From contig OZ242274.1 in the NCBI GenBank assembly GCA_965207375.1, positions 576,001-640,000 of the forward strand: 64,000 nt of DNA, written 5' to 3'. Numbering within the stretch: the first letter of the stretch is position 1; every line of letters begins with the position of its first letter. Below the pieces are notes generated by a model that searched no databases, was not told where the DNA came from, and saw only the letters and a list, made by a program, of their open reading frames with translations. The translations under genes and the position numbers were made by a program. Origin of the DNA: Nitrosopumilaceae archaeon (GTDB lineage Archaea > Thermoproteota > Nitrososphaeria > Nitrososphaerales > Nitrosopumilaceae). This document shows, piece after piece, positions 55,635-64,000 of the stretch.

Positions 55635-58487
55635 GTGATTTTGTATAACGCCTCTACCGAAAAAGACACTCCTCCGCCAGATACTGGGAAATTCATCAGG
55701 CTGGGAATTATTGCAATAATTGGAGTGGTAATATTTCTTATCGTAGGCAACCAGGCAGTCAGTATTTATATGAACTTTAGCGAGTTTGAAGAACAATTCA
55801 CAAAGCCACTGTACTATGCGGTGATATCCTCTGTAATTCTGTCTGCAATTGCACTGATTCGAATCAACGGTGCGGCACGTTCATCCATTTTCTGGTATGT
55901 AATATCTACACTGATTGGATTTTTGGGAAGGGCACAACATGACCCGATTGCAAATAACATCACAAGCTTTAGGGACTATAAGCTATCAGGAATCCAGTTT
56001 ACAGTATGGCAAATTACCAAGGTGCTACTCTTTGGTGCCTTTTTTGCAAATATTATGTTCGGATTTGCAGTAATGTCAGTAATTGATGGAACCGATCTGG
56101 GACTGCAAAATCTGCCAACACTGTTTACCCTGCCTTTCATAACTCCACCCACTGATCCGACATTTGCAACAGACAATGTGGTTCCGATGGTTCCTGCATT
56201 ACTAATTTTAATTCCGCCAATTTTGGGCGCAATCGGCTTGAGATTAATCCTATACATCGGATTAAATTCCATCATCAAAGTTGTTACCTCCTATGTAAAG
56301 GACTCTTCTGAAGGAAAACCAAGATATCTAAATTATGTATCCACTGTGGAGGCCATTATCGGTATCGGAATAATCTGGGCCGGATTCAATTTGTTCTTTA
56401 CTGACTTTATTGATTATAATACGCGTTACATCATTGCAGGAGTTTTACTTATTGGTTTTGCATTGATTGCATTTTCAGTACTTGATAGAATCAGGGCACG
56501 AGTGCTTACTCACATGTTCCAACGTGATCTTCTGATACGAATCGGAGTGATTCTCTTAATTGCAATTGTTGTAGCAGTTCTAGTGGGAGTAAACGACAGC
56601 ATTGCAGATGCAAAAAAAATCGAATATTTGGGACCCTACAAGGCACAAGAAATCGGCGTAAACCGTCATCTTGCAGAACTAGACCGCGTATCTGAAACCA
56701 TCCATGATGTAAAACTAGAATCCATATCGCCCAACAATATCAACAATTACGTAGATGCAAACAGTGATCTGCTAAATGTCATCCGTGTATGGGATTGGGA
56801 GGCAGCCTCTGCCAAACTCAAACCGGAAATAGGTCTGATTCCATATGTCACCTTCAACGATCAGGACATTTTACGGTTCAACAACACCCTTTATTGGACT
56901 GCATCAATGTCACCGATTCTTCCAAACACTGTAGAACTTGCCGACAGATGGTACAACGAACATCTGGTGTATACGCATGTCCCAAACGGATTTTTGACTT
57001 TGGAGGCAACTGAGGGACAAATCGTTGACAGCAGTACCTTCTTCCAACAACGCTCCATTTACTATGGCGAAGGTGAACTGCTTGCAGAAAAATGGTCTGC
57101 ATATCCGACAAACCGAGTAGAGTCTGCCGAACTGAATCAGGTATTTTACAATGGCGCAGGCGGTTTGGATGTGCCACCTCCGCTAAGTTGGATTTTTGAG
57201 CCCAACTTTTTACTTTCTTTTCCGGCCGAATCTGTACACATTATGAGATACAAAGACGTCAACGACAGAATGGAAACGCTGTATCCGTACTTTTTGTACC
57301 ATATGTTTGGAAATGATATTGATACATTTCCGGTAACTGATGGTGAAAATACCTACTGGCTTATTCCATTGATAGTTGGATTCCAAGCTCATGACGTACC
57401 TTGGTCTGCTGGCAGTCCGTATCTGCGACTTGCAGGATACGCCCTAGTCGATGCCTACGACGGTGATATTACGCTGCTAAAGACAGGTGATGATTTCTTT
57501 GCAGAGATGTTTGCTAGTCAGTACAGTGAACAGTTTGAGGAAATTCCACCGTGGTTAGAGGAGCAGATTAGATATCCTGCCGAACTGTTTAACTGGAAAA
57601 CTGACAGATACAATACCTATCATGTAACTGATGTTGAAACCTTTATTCAGGCAAATGAATTCTATGAAATTCCAAAGGGCTTAGATACTTACTATATTGA
57701 AGCACAACCGCCAGGTTTTGAAGAAGCAGAATTTGTAGGCCTGCTATCACTAGAACTCAAAGGCTCTCAGGGCAGGAACCTAGCAGGTTACATGATTGTT
57801 GAAAATGATCTTTCCAACCTTGGAAATATGAAATTTTATGAGGTTCCGTTAAACTCTACTACCAAACTAATCGGCCCCACCGCAGTACGTGAGGCTCTAG
57901 ACCGTGATCCTGACTTTGCTCAACTCAAAACATTGTTGAGAAATCCCCGAATTGGCGATAATATTTTGTATAGGGTGGGACAACACGATACTTACTTTAT
58001 TCCCGTGTATACTGCAGGTGCAGGCGGCGTGGTGGCCCAGCTAGGAACCATTGCAGCAGTTGGTGCCTCATTCACAGGCGAATATTATGTAGGTTTAGGT
58101 GATACGCAACAAGATGCATTCAAGGCATATTTGCAAAAATTATCAGGAGTAGCAGCTCCCTCCGGCAGTGTTCAGTCAGATGAATTGACAAAAAATGACA
58201 GAATAGATCTGATTAGAACCCTGTTTGAGGAACATGGAATTGATGTATTAGAACCCATATCTATTCAGATTCCACTCTCCTTTGAGGAAGGCAACATAAT
58301 ATTTTATACTGACGCCGAGGTTGAGGATGTGACAGAACTGATCTCTGAGTTCATAGATGATTTTGTTAAACCACGTACGGACAGGGTCTTCATGTGGGAA
58401 GAAAACAATGTAATCCACATGGGTACTATATTTGTAAAAGATGCAATACCACAAATCCACTTTATCTCTATTGAGGTAGGAAGCTAG
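55635..58487 (+). CDS. UPF0182 family membrane protein
   Basis: N-terminal multi-TM region, IRVWD, HLVYTH, IYYGE, VDAYDG and RYP motifs. Confidence 0.88.
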   Translation: MILYNASTEKDTPPPDTGKFIRLGIIAIIGVVIFLIVGNQAVSIYMNFSEFEEQFTKPLYYAVISSVILSAIALIRINGAARSSIFWYVISTLIGFLGRAQHDPIANNITSFRDYKLSGIQFTVWQITKVLLFGAFFANIMFGFAVMSVIDGTDLGLQNLPTLFTLPFITPPTDPTFATDNVVPMVPALLILIPPILGAIGLRLILYIGLNSIIKVVTSYVKDSSEGKPRYLNYVSTVEAIIGIGIIWAGFNLFFTDFIDYNTRYIIAGVLLIGFALIAFSVLDRIRARVLTHMFQRDLLIRIGVILLIAIVVAVLVGVNDSIADAKKIEYLGPYKAQEIGVNRHLAELDRVSETIHDVKLESISPNNINNYVDANSDLLNVIRVWDWEAASAKLKPEIGLIPYVTFNDQDILRFNNTLYWTASMSPILPNTVELADRWYNEHLVYTHVPNGFLTLEATEGQIVDSSTFFQQRSIYYGEGELLAEKWSAYPTNRVESAELNQVFYNGAGGLDVPPPLSWIFEPNFLLSFPAESVHIMRYKDVNDRMETLYPYFLYHMFGNDIDTFPVTDGENTYWLIPLIVGFQAHDVPWSAGSPYLRLAGYALVDAYDGDITLLKTGDDFFAEMFASQYSEQFEEIPPWLEEQIRYPAELFNWKTDRYNTYHVTDVETFIQANEFYEIPKGLDTYYIEAQPPGFEEAEFVGLLSLELKGSQGRNLAGYMIVENDLSNLGNMKFYEVPLNSTTKLIGPTAVREALDRDPDFAQLKTLLRNPRIGDNILYRVGQHDTYFIPVYTAGAGGVVAQLGTIAAVGASFTGEYYVGLGDTQQDAFKAYLQKLSGVAAPSGSVQSDELTKNDRIDLIRTLFEEHGIDVLEPISIQIPLSFEEGNIIFYTDAEVEDVTELISEFIDDFVKPRTDRVFMWEENNVIHMGTIFVKDAIPQIHFISIEVGS

Positions 58488-59030
58488 TTGTTACTAGTGG
58501 TCGACAACGGCTCTATTTTTACAAAAAACCTTTCTGATTATCTGACCTCCAAAAATGTTGATTTTGTATTATTGTATCATGATAAAATAAATCCCAATAT
58601 CATAAATGATTATGATTCCTTTATCTTATCGGGACGCAAAAAAAACAACAAACAAATGAATTCACTAAACTCTAAAATCATCTTACACTGTGTCAATACA
58701 TCAAAAAAGCTCTTGGGAATTTGTTACGGTGCAGAATTGCTAGCCTTGACTCTAGGCGGGACAATTCGTATGATGCCAAATTTACAAAAGGGTAATCAAA
58801 TAGTTACTGTAACCCAAAGCAACCTCCTTGCAGATTCACCCATCACCGTCTTTGAAAGTCACAGGTATGAACTATCTAGATTAGGAGACGATCTTTTTTC
58901 CATAGGTACCTCTGATCAATGCAGGCACGAGATTATACAGCACAAGACTCGAAAAATTTTTGGAACACAATTTCATCCCGAAATGACGCATGACGGTCAT
59001 AATTTGATTGCAAACTTTCTTGATCTGTGA
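58488..59030 (+). CDS. Class I glutamine amidotransferase (GMP synthase subunit A-like)
   Basis: VDNGS, ILSG, LGICYG, ESH and QFHPE motifs. Confidence 0.88.
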   Translation: MLLVVDNGSIFTKNLSDYLTSKNVDFVLLYHDKINPNIINDYDSFILSGRKKNNKQMNSLNSKIILHCVNTSKKLLGICYGAELLALTLGGTIRMMPNLQKGNQIVTVTQSNLLADSPITVFESHRYELSRLGDDLFSIGTSDQCRHEIIQHKTRKIFGTQFHPEMTHDGHNLIANFLDL

Positions 59031-59066
59031 ACGTTTTTAACAACTATATCATGACTGTTTGTTACC

Positions 59067-60023
59067 ATGGATTCTGTAGATCATGATCTTTTACTTCCAC
59101 TTGTGGAGGAACAAAACACCTGCCTTCCTCTGTCAATTAATGTAATAGCAAAATACTGGAATGTTGATCTGCCTCTAGCCGAAGCCATACTGCGGGCAAA
59201 AAACTATCCAAATGTAGACGGCAACATTTTGATTGAGGGAATTGAGCTAGCAGAAAAATACGGACTGAAAACAAAGATTTTACACTGTACTGTATCGCAA
59301 CTAAAAAAATTCATTGATATGGGAATTGCACCCATTGTTTTACTGCCAGGCGTTCAAGATATCATACAGCACGCATCTGTAATTTCAGGATATGATCCAG
59401 ACGATAAAACCATCATGCATTATGTTCCTAAAATGGAAAAGGATGGCTCATTTCATGTAGGCGTTATCCCCGAGGAAAAATTTGATCAGCATTGGTCTGA
59501 AGAAGGACGTTTGGCAATAGTTATTGCCCCACCTGATATATTTTCTCAATTAAAGAAATACGATGATGAAACATCAAACAGACTATGTTTTGAGTACGAA
59601 AAGCACAGCCTTTCAGGCAACCCACAAAAAGCAATAGAGCTGCTCAATCAAGCACTGTCCCTTTATCCCAAAAACATCAATGCCCATATGATTTTAGGAG
59701 GACTACTCAACGAACAAAATTCCTCAGACTGTATAAAACATTACGAGCAATGCATAAAACTGAACAAAAACTCTTACCTAGCTTATAGGGGATTGGGAAA
59801 TTATTTTCTAAAAACTAAACAATATTTGAGGGCCGAGCAATATTATACTGAGGCCATTGAAATTAATCCGCAGCGCTTTGGTCCAATATATAAAAATCGA
59901 GCAATTGTTAGAATGGAACAACAAAACAATTCTGGGGCAAAACTGGATCTTCAAAAATATCTCCAGTATACACCAGGTGCACATGACACATCAAGTATTA
60001 AACAGGCAATCAAGGAATTATGA
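59067..60023 (+). CDS. Peptidase C39-like domain plus TPR protein
   Basis: CLP nucleophile-like motif, HASVISGYD, C-terminal TPRs. Confidence 0.75.
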   Translation: MDSVDHDLLLPLVEEQNTCLPLSINVIAKYWNVDLPLAEAILRAKNYPNVDGNILIEGIELAEKYGLKTKILHCTVSQLKKFIDMGIAPIVLLPGVQDIIQHASVISGYDPDDKTIMHYVPKMEKDGSFHVGVIPEEKFDQHWSEEGRLAIVIAPPDIFSQLKKYDDETSNRLCFEYEKHSLSGNPQKAIELLNQALSLYPKNINAHMILGGLLNEQNSSDCIKHYEQCIKLNKNSYLAYRGLGNYFLKTKQYLRAEQYYTEAIEINPQRFGPIYKNRAIVRMEQQNNSGAKLDLQKYLQYTPGAHDTSSIKQAIKEL

Positions 60024-60052
60024 TTAAATATTATGATACAGTACAATAACAC

Positions 60053-60226
60053 ATGGATGCAAAATGCCCCGAATGTGAACAGGTAGCAGTTTTAGATGAT
60101 GAAATTACACAGGTAAAATGTCCTCACTGCAATTTCGAGGCAGATTATGAAAAATATCTAGAAATTATGACCGATCATGCAGTCAACATGGCAGCAGACT
60201 ATATTCCTAAACGTTCTGGCATGTAA
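60053..60226 (+). CDS. Small zinc-ribbon protein (57 aa, below ORF-track cutoff)
   Basis: MDAKCPECEQVAVLDDEITQVKCPHCNFEADYEKYLEIM... Confidence 0.75.
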   Translation: MDAKCPECEQVAVLDDEITQVKCPHCNFEADYEKYLEIMTDHAVNMAADYIPKRSGM

Positions 60227-60227
60227 T

Positions 60228-60350
60228 CTACCAAAAGCTTCCCTTGTCAGAGCAATCTAGATGTGCACCACATTTGGGACAAAACATGTGACATGCCTGC
60301 ATCCTGACCATCTTATTTTCACATCTTGGACAGGTAATCTTTTCTGTCAC
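60228..60350 (-). CDS. Zinc-finger micro-protein (40 aa, below ORF-track cutoff)
   Basis: MTEKITCPRCENKMVRMQACHMFCPKCGAHLDCSDKGSFW. Confidence 0.7.
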   Translation of the reverse strand: MTEKITCPRCENKMVRMQACHMFCPKCGAHLDCSDKGSFW

Positions 60351-60423
60351 AATGACATCCTGATAAAATCCTTAAAAAATATGTCCAAACGTTAATTAGG
60401 AGTTTTGCAAATTTGTTGCGTAC

Positions 60424-60828
60424 TTGACAAATTTCAAGCTGACCGTATCTGACATCAAGGGAAAATCCGTCACAAAGGAGATCAAAGAAGGCGAGGCCAA
60501 TGCGCTAATCGGCCTTCAGGTAGGAGCACAAACAGATGCAACCGTTGTCGGTCTGACCGGAAAAATTACCATAACCGGCGGTAGTGACAAATCTGGTGTT
60601 CCAATTCGCGGAGATGTACACGGTAGCGCAAGAAAGTATGTTTTACTATCCAAGGGTGTGGGATTACAAAAGGCAGAAACGGGTCAAAGAATTAGAAAGC
60701 TTGTCAGGGGAAATCAAATTTCTGAAGAAATTTATCAAATTAACTGTCGTTTTGATGGACAGTTGCCTGTAGAGCAGCAAGCACAAGAATCTGCTGACGA
60801 CACAAAATCCAAAGAAACGAAGCAATAA
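60424..60828 (+). CDS. rps6e: 30S ribosomal protein S6e
   Basis: ITGGSDKSG.P, G.RIRKLVRG and QIN motifs. Confidence 0.95.
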   Translation: MTNFKLTVSDIKGKSVTKEIKEGEANALIGLQVGAQTDATVVGLTGKITITGGSDKSGVPIRGDVHGSARKYVLLSKGVGLQKAETGQRIRKLVRGNQISEEIYQINCRFDGQLPVEQQAQESADDTKSKETKQ

Positions 60829-60859
60829 CTTAAGATACCCCAATCCTAATTTTGCAATA

Positions 60860-62119
60860 TTGCATTGGAAAGAAACTCTTCCTGATTGGTATGTTAAAAA
60901 ATACGGCTACCAGCCGTGTGTCAACATTGGCACCGCAGGCCACGTTGATCATGGAAAAACCACTCTAATCCAAGCACTTACCGGAAATTGGACCAGCGTT
61001 CACAGCCAAGAGCTAAAACGTGGTATTACTATTCGTGTGGGCTATTCTGATGCAGCATTTTACAAATGTCCCAAATGTGAGGAACCACTGGGATACTCTA
61101 CGACTCCTACCTGTCCTAATTGCGGTAGCCAAAGTGAATTATCTAGGGTCGTTAGTTTTGTTGATAGTCCAGGACACGAAAGTCTTATGGCCAACATGCT
61201 TTCTGGTTCTGCCTTGATGGATGGTGCACTGTTATTAGTTGCTTCAAATGAAAAGGTTCCAAAACCCCAGACAAAAGAGCACTTGCTGGCCCTTCAAACC
61301 TTGGGAATTAAACAAATTGTAATCATTCAAAACAAAGTTGATTTAATCACCTACAAAGAATCAATGTCTAATTATTCAGATATTACCAAATTTGTCAAAG
61401 GCACCAATGCTGCCAAATCGCCTGTAATACCGGTCTCTGCCCAGTCCGGCCTAAACATGGATGCATTAATTGGGGCAATTGAATCAAATATCGCAACACC
61501 AAAACGAGACGAGTCTGCAGATGCAGTCATGCATGTTTTGCGTTCCTTTGATGTCAACAAACCAGGCACTCTGATAAAAAACATCAGGGGGGGTGTAATT
61601 GGGGGAAGTCTTGTCCAGGGTAAATTTAAGGTAGGAGATGAAATTGAAATCAAACCCGGAATAGTCAACTCAAAAAACAAATACGATCCAATACAGACTG
61701 AGATTGTTTCATTGGGTACAGGTGCAGGCATTGTAGAGGCTGTAAAACCGGGAGGTCTAGTCGCAATAGGAACAAAATTGGATCCTTCACTTACTCGAAG
61801 TGATTCATTTATTGGCTCTATAATAGGAAAACCAGGAACTTTGCCTGAAAACTCTACAAAGGCTATCTTGAAGACAAGTCTTTTTGATCTTGCAGTAGGA
61901 TCACAGGAGGAGACAAAGGTCTTACCAATACAAAAAGCCGAGAATTTGCGGCTCAACATCGGCACTGCGCCCATACTGTCCAAAGTTTCTAACGTAAAGG
62001 GAAATTCCATATGTGTTGAATTCAAGAGACCTGTGTGCCTGTTTAAGGGAAGCAACGTTGCAATTAGCAGAAGAATTGCAGACAGATGGAGATTAATCGG
62101 TGCAGGTGTAGTTGGTTGA
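60860..62119 (+). CDS. eif2g: Translation initiation factor aIF2 gamma subunit
   Basis: GHVDHGKT, RGITIRVGY, DSPGHE, NKVD and RWRLIG motifs. Confidence 0.97.
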   Translation: MHWKETLPDWYVKKYGYQPCVNIGTAGHVDHGKTTLIQALTGNWTSVHSQELKRGITIRVGYSDAAFYKCPKCEEPLGYSTTPTCPNCGSQSELSRVVSFVDSPGHESLMANMLSGSALMDGALLLVASNEKVPKPQTKEHLLALQTLGIKQIVIIQNKVDLITYKESMSNYSDITKFVKGTNAAKSPVIPVSAQSGLNMDALIGAIESNIATPKRDESADAVMHVLRSFDVNKPGTLIKNIRGGVIGGSLVQGKFKVGDEIEIKPGIVNSKNKYDPIQTEIVSLGTGAGIVEAVKPGGLVAIGTKLDPSLTRSDSFIGSIIGKPGTLPENSTKAILKTSLFDLAVGSQEETKVLPIQKAENLRLNIGTAPILSKVSNVKGNSICVEFKRPVCLFKGSNVAISRRIADRWRLIGAGVVG

Positions 62120-62480
62120 TGTTATCTGTGACACAAATTTTCTAATTCATCTGTCTACTTTTAGAATTAAAAATATTTCAAACCTAGATGTTGAAATTGG
62201 ACAAATCTCCTTTGTTGTTCCCACAGTTGTAATATCTGAATTGACAAAATTGTCAGAGGATCCCAAAAAGCATCAAAAGGCCCAGTCGGCCATACAATAT
62301 GCAAACAAACTGGAAAAAATCGAGATCAACGGAAAATATGCAGATGGGGCAATTTTGCAGCACGTATCAGATAACGGCGGCATTGTAGCTACACTAGACA
62401 AGGAGCTAAAATCTAAAGTCAAAGAAATTGGGGGCAGTGTAATGTCTCTTTGTAATGACTGTATTGTTTTAGAGTCTTAG
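62112..62480 (+). CDS. PIN-domain protein (Fcf1/Utp24-like)
   Basis: DTNFL, V..EL, ADGAI and ATLD motifs; coupled to aIF2-gamma as is usual in archaea. Confidence 0.85.
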   Translation: MVDVICDTNFLIHLSTFRIKNISNLDVEIGQISFVVPTVVISELTKLSEDPKKHQKAQSAIQYANKLEKIEINGKYADGAILQHVSDNGGIVATLDKELKSKVKEIGGSVMSLCNDCIVLES

Positions 62481-62497
62481 AAAAATTTAATTTAGTC

Positions 62498-62977
62498 GTG
62501 TCTGCATCTATCTGTATCGTGGAAGAATTTTCGTTAACTAGTCCTGCATTTGCAAACGGCTCTCAAATTCCCAAAAAATACGGCTACAAGCATGGAAACT
62601 CTAGTCCTCCGTTACATTTGAACAACATACCAGACGGCTGCAAGTCTCTGGCCCTGATAATGGATGATCCTGATGCAATGGGTGCAGTAGGCAAAATATG
62701 GACACACTGGCTAATCTGGAACATATCTCCAGAGACCTCTGCCATTTTAGAATCAAAGGTACCTGAACATGCCATACAGGGCATTACTGATTTTGGCAAA
62801 ATAGGCTATGGTGGCCCCGCACCTCCTGACAGGCAACATACCTATGTTTTCAAACTATATGCACTAGATTCTGTCTTGAATCTATCAGAGGGCGCAGATA
62901 AAGGTCAACTAGAACGGGCAATAAATGATCATATTATATCATCCTCCAAACTGACAGGAACATTTGCACCACAATGA
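62498..62977 (+). CDS. YbhB/YbcL (PEBP) family protein
   Basis: SPPL, MDDPDA, HW, YGGPAPP and H.Y.F.LYALD motifs. Confidence 0.92.
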   Translation: MSASICIVEEFSLTSPAFANGSQIPKKYGYKHGNSSPPLHLNNIPDGCKSLALIMDDPDAMGAVGKIWTHWLIWNISPETSAILESKVPEHAIQGITDFGKIGYGGPAPPDRQHTYVFKLYALDSVLNLSEGADKGQLERAINDHIISSSKLTGTFAPQ

Positions 62978-63018
62978 CTTCAAAAGAATAATAAGCTATT
63001 ATTTTGTCATTTGTATGA

Positions 63019-64000
63019 TTGATTGGCAATTCTACAATGTTTAAAATAGGCACATTCTCTTTTACGCGTCGCCATCTTTTGATTTTGGCAATACTGTCCA
63101 TATCCTTTACAATATCCTTTATGTTACGTTCAGCACCTGCTGAATTTGGCTATGAATTAAACGAGTTTGATCCGTTTTTTAATTATCGCGCCACCTCCTT
63201 TATTGTAGAAAACGGATACTTTGAATATTTGGACTGGCACGATGATAAAAGCTGGTATCCCAACGGCCGTGACGTGTCTAATTCACAAAGCATGCTGCAC
63301 TTGACTGCTGCTACAACATATCAAATATTTGGTGGCTCTACAGACCTGTATGATTTTACAATAATATTTCCCGTAGTATTTGGCTCCCTTACTGCCATAG
63401 TGGTATTTGCGCTTGTACGCGTTATTGGCGGCACCTCTGCTGGCCTGCTTGCAGCCCTATTTTATTCAGTGTCTGTTCCAATATTGGTCAGAGGAACCAT
63501 CGGCTGGTTCAAATCCGAACCATTGGGATTGTTTTATGGCGTTTTGGGAATCTACCTTTTTGCCAGTGGAATAAAATCAGATAACAAAAAAATTGCCGCC
63601 TTAAAATTGGCAGGTGCCGGAATCTTTTTGTCATTTGGACTCTCTTCTTGGGGAGGCATTCAATTTTTCATTTTACCGCTAGGGGTATTTTTCTTGGTTT
63701 TGCCATTTCTCCGAAATGATCACAGATTTCAGATGTGGGCCATTCCCTTATTTACGGCGTCTTTTGCAGCTGCCATACTTTTGTTTGACAGACCTGGACC
63801 TAGTTTCCTGACCGGCCTTGGAGGACTAGCAATTATTGGACCTACAATATCTCTTGTAATATGTAACGTAATCATGATGTATAGTAAGAAGGAAAAAACA
63901 TTCCGTAATGGGATTTTGTTTTTGGGCGGCATACTAGCATCAGGAGTTGCCATAATTTCTGCAAGCTTTGCTGGCGCGTTTTTGGGCATACCTAGTTTCA
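63019..64000 (+). CDS. aglB: Oligosaccharyltransferase AglB/STT3, 3'-truncated by window edge
   Basis: Open frame with LNEFDPFFNYRAT, WHDDKSWYPNGRD, RGTIGWFKSE, SWGG and many TM helices; absent from the ORF track because it runs off the window. Confidence 0.88.
   Translation, partial: MIGNSTMFKIGTFSFTRRHLLILAILSISFTISFMLRSAPAEFGYELNEFDPFFNYRATSFIVENGYFEYLDWHDDKSWYPNGRDVSNSQSMLHLTAATTYQIFGGSTDLYDFTIIFPVVFGSLTAIVVFALVRVIGGTSAGLLAALFYSVSVPILVRGTIGWFKSEPLGLFYGVLGIYLFASGIKSDNKKIAALKLAGAGIFLSFGLSSWGGIQFFILPLGVFFLVLPFLRNDHRFQMWAIPLFTASFAAAILLFDRPGPSFLTGLGGLAIIGPTISLVICNVIMMYSKKEKTFRNGILFLGGILASGVAIISASFAGAFLGIPSF

Noticed and set aside
61372-62055. 227-aa antisense ORF, and similar ones at 23789-24295, 41763-42230 and 50372-50797
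   Set aside because: Antisense shadows of well-supported genes
1-64000. CRISPR arrays, tRNA/rRNA genes, integrases or provirus genes
   Set aside because: None recognised; intron-containing tRNAs could be missed without tRNAscan-SE

Overview
Archaeal genomic DNA, almost certainly a Nitrosopumilaceae ammonia-oxidising archaeon (Nitrososphaerota/Thaumarchaeota). The evidence is TFB, PriS/PriL, aIF2-gamma, S6e, AglB, two ESCRT-III/CdvB paralogues, AcnX, cobalamin and 7-deazaguanine genes, and IPxW-repeat secreted proteins. The housekeeping backbone is interrupted by many IS elements and IS debris (IS66 ISBst12-like, ISH3-like, IS110/IS1111, MITEs). The main discovery, read directly from the sequence, is a pair of IS1111-type (IS110-family) recombinase elements, each inserted exactly inside the terminal inverted repeat of a different DDE transposon: IS66 at 34003-35406 and ISH3 at 49353-50796. 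Each carries a two-loop non-coding RNA whose guide segments spell out its own target site and its own circular-donor junction. They look like archaeal bridge-RNA systems programmed against the ends of other transposons. Other notable items are an mscS / KamA-aminomutase / glutamine synthetase cluster (candidate beta-glutamate/beta-glutamine osmolyte module), a HEPN-MNT island, two candidate structured ncRNAs and a Cys-less MurI-like protein. No CRISPR array, tRNA or rRNA was recognised. All calls are by eye and no database searches were run.
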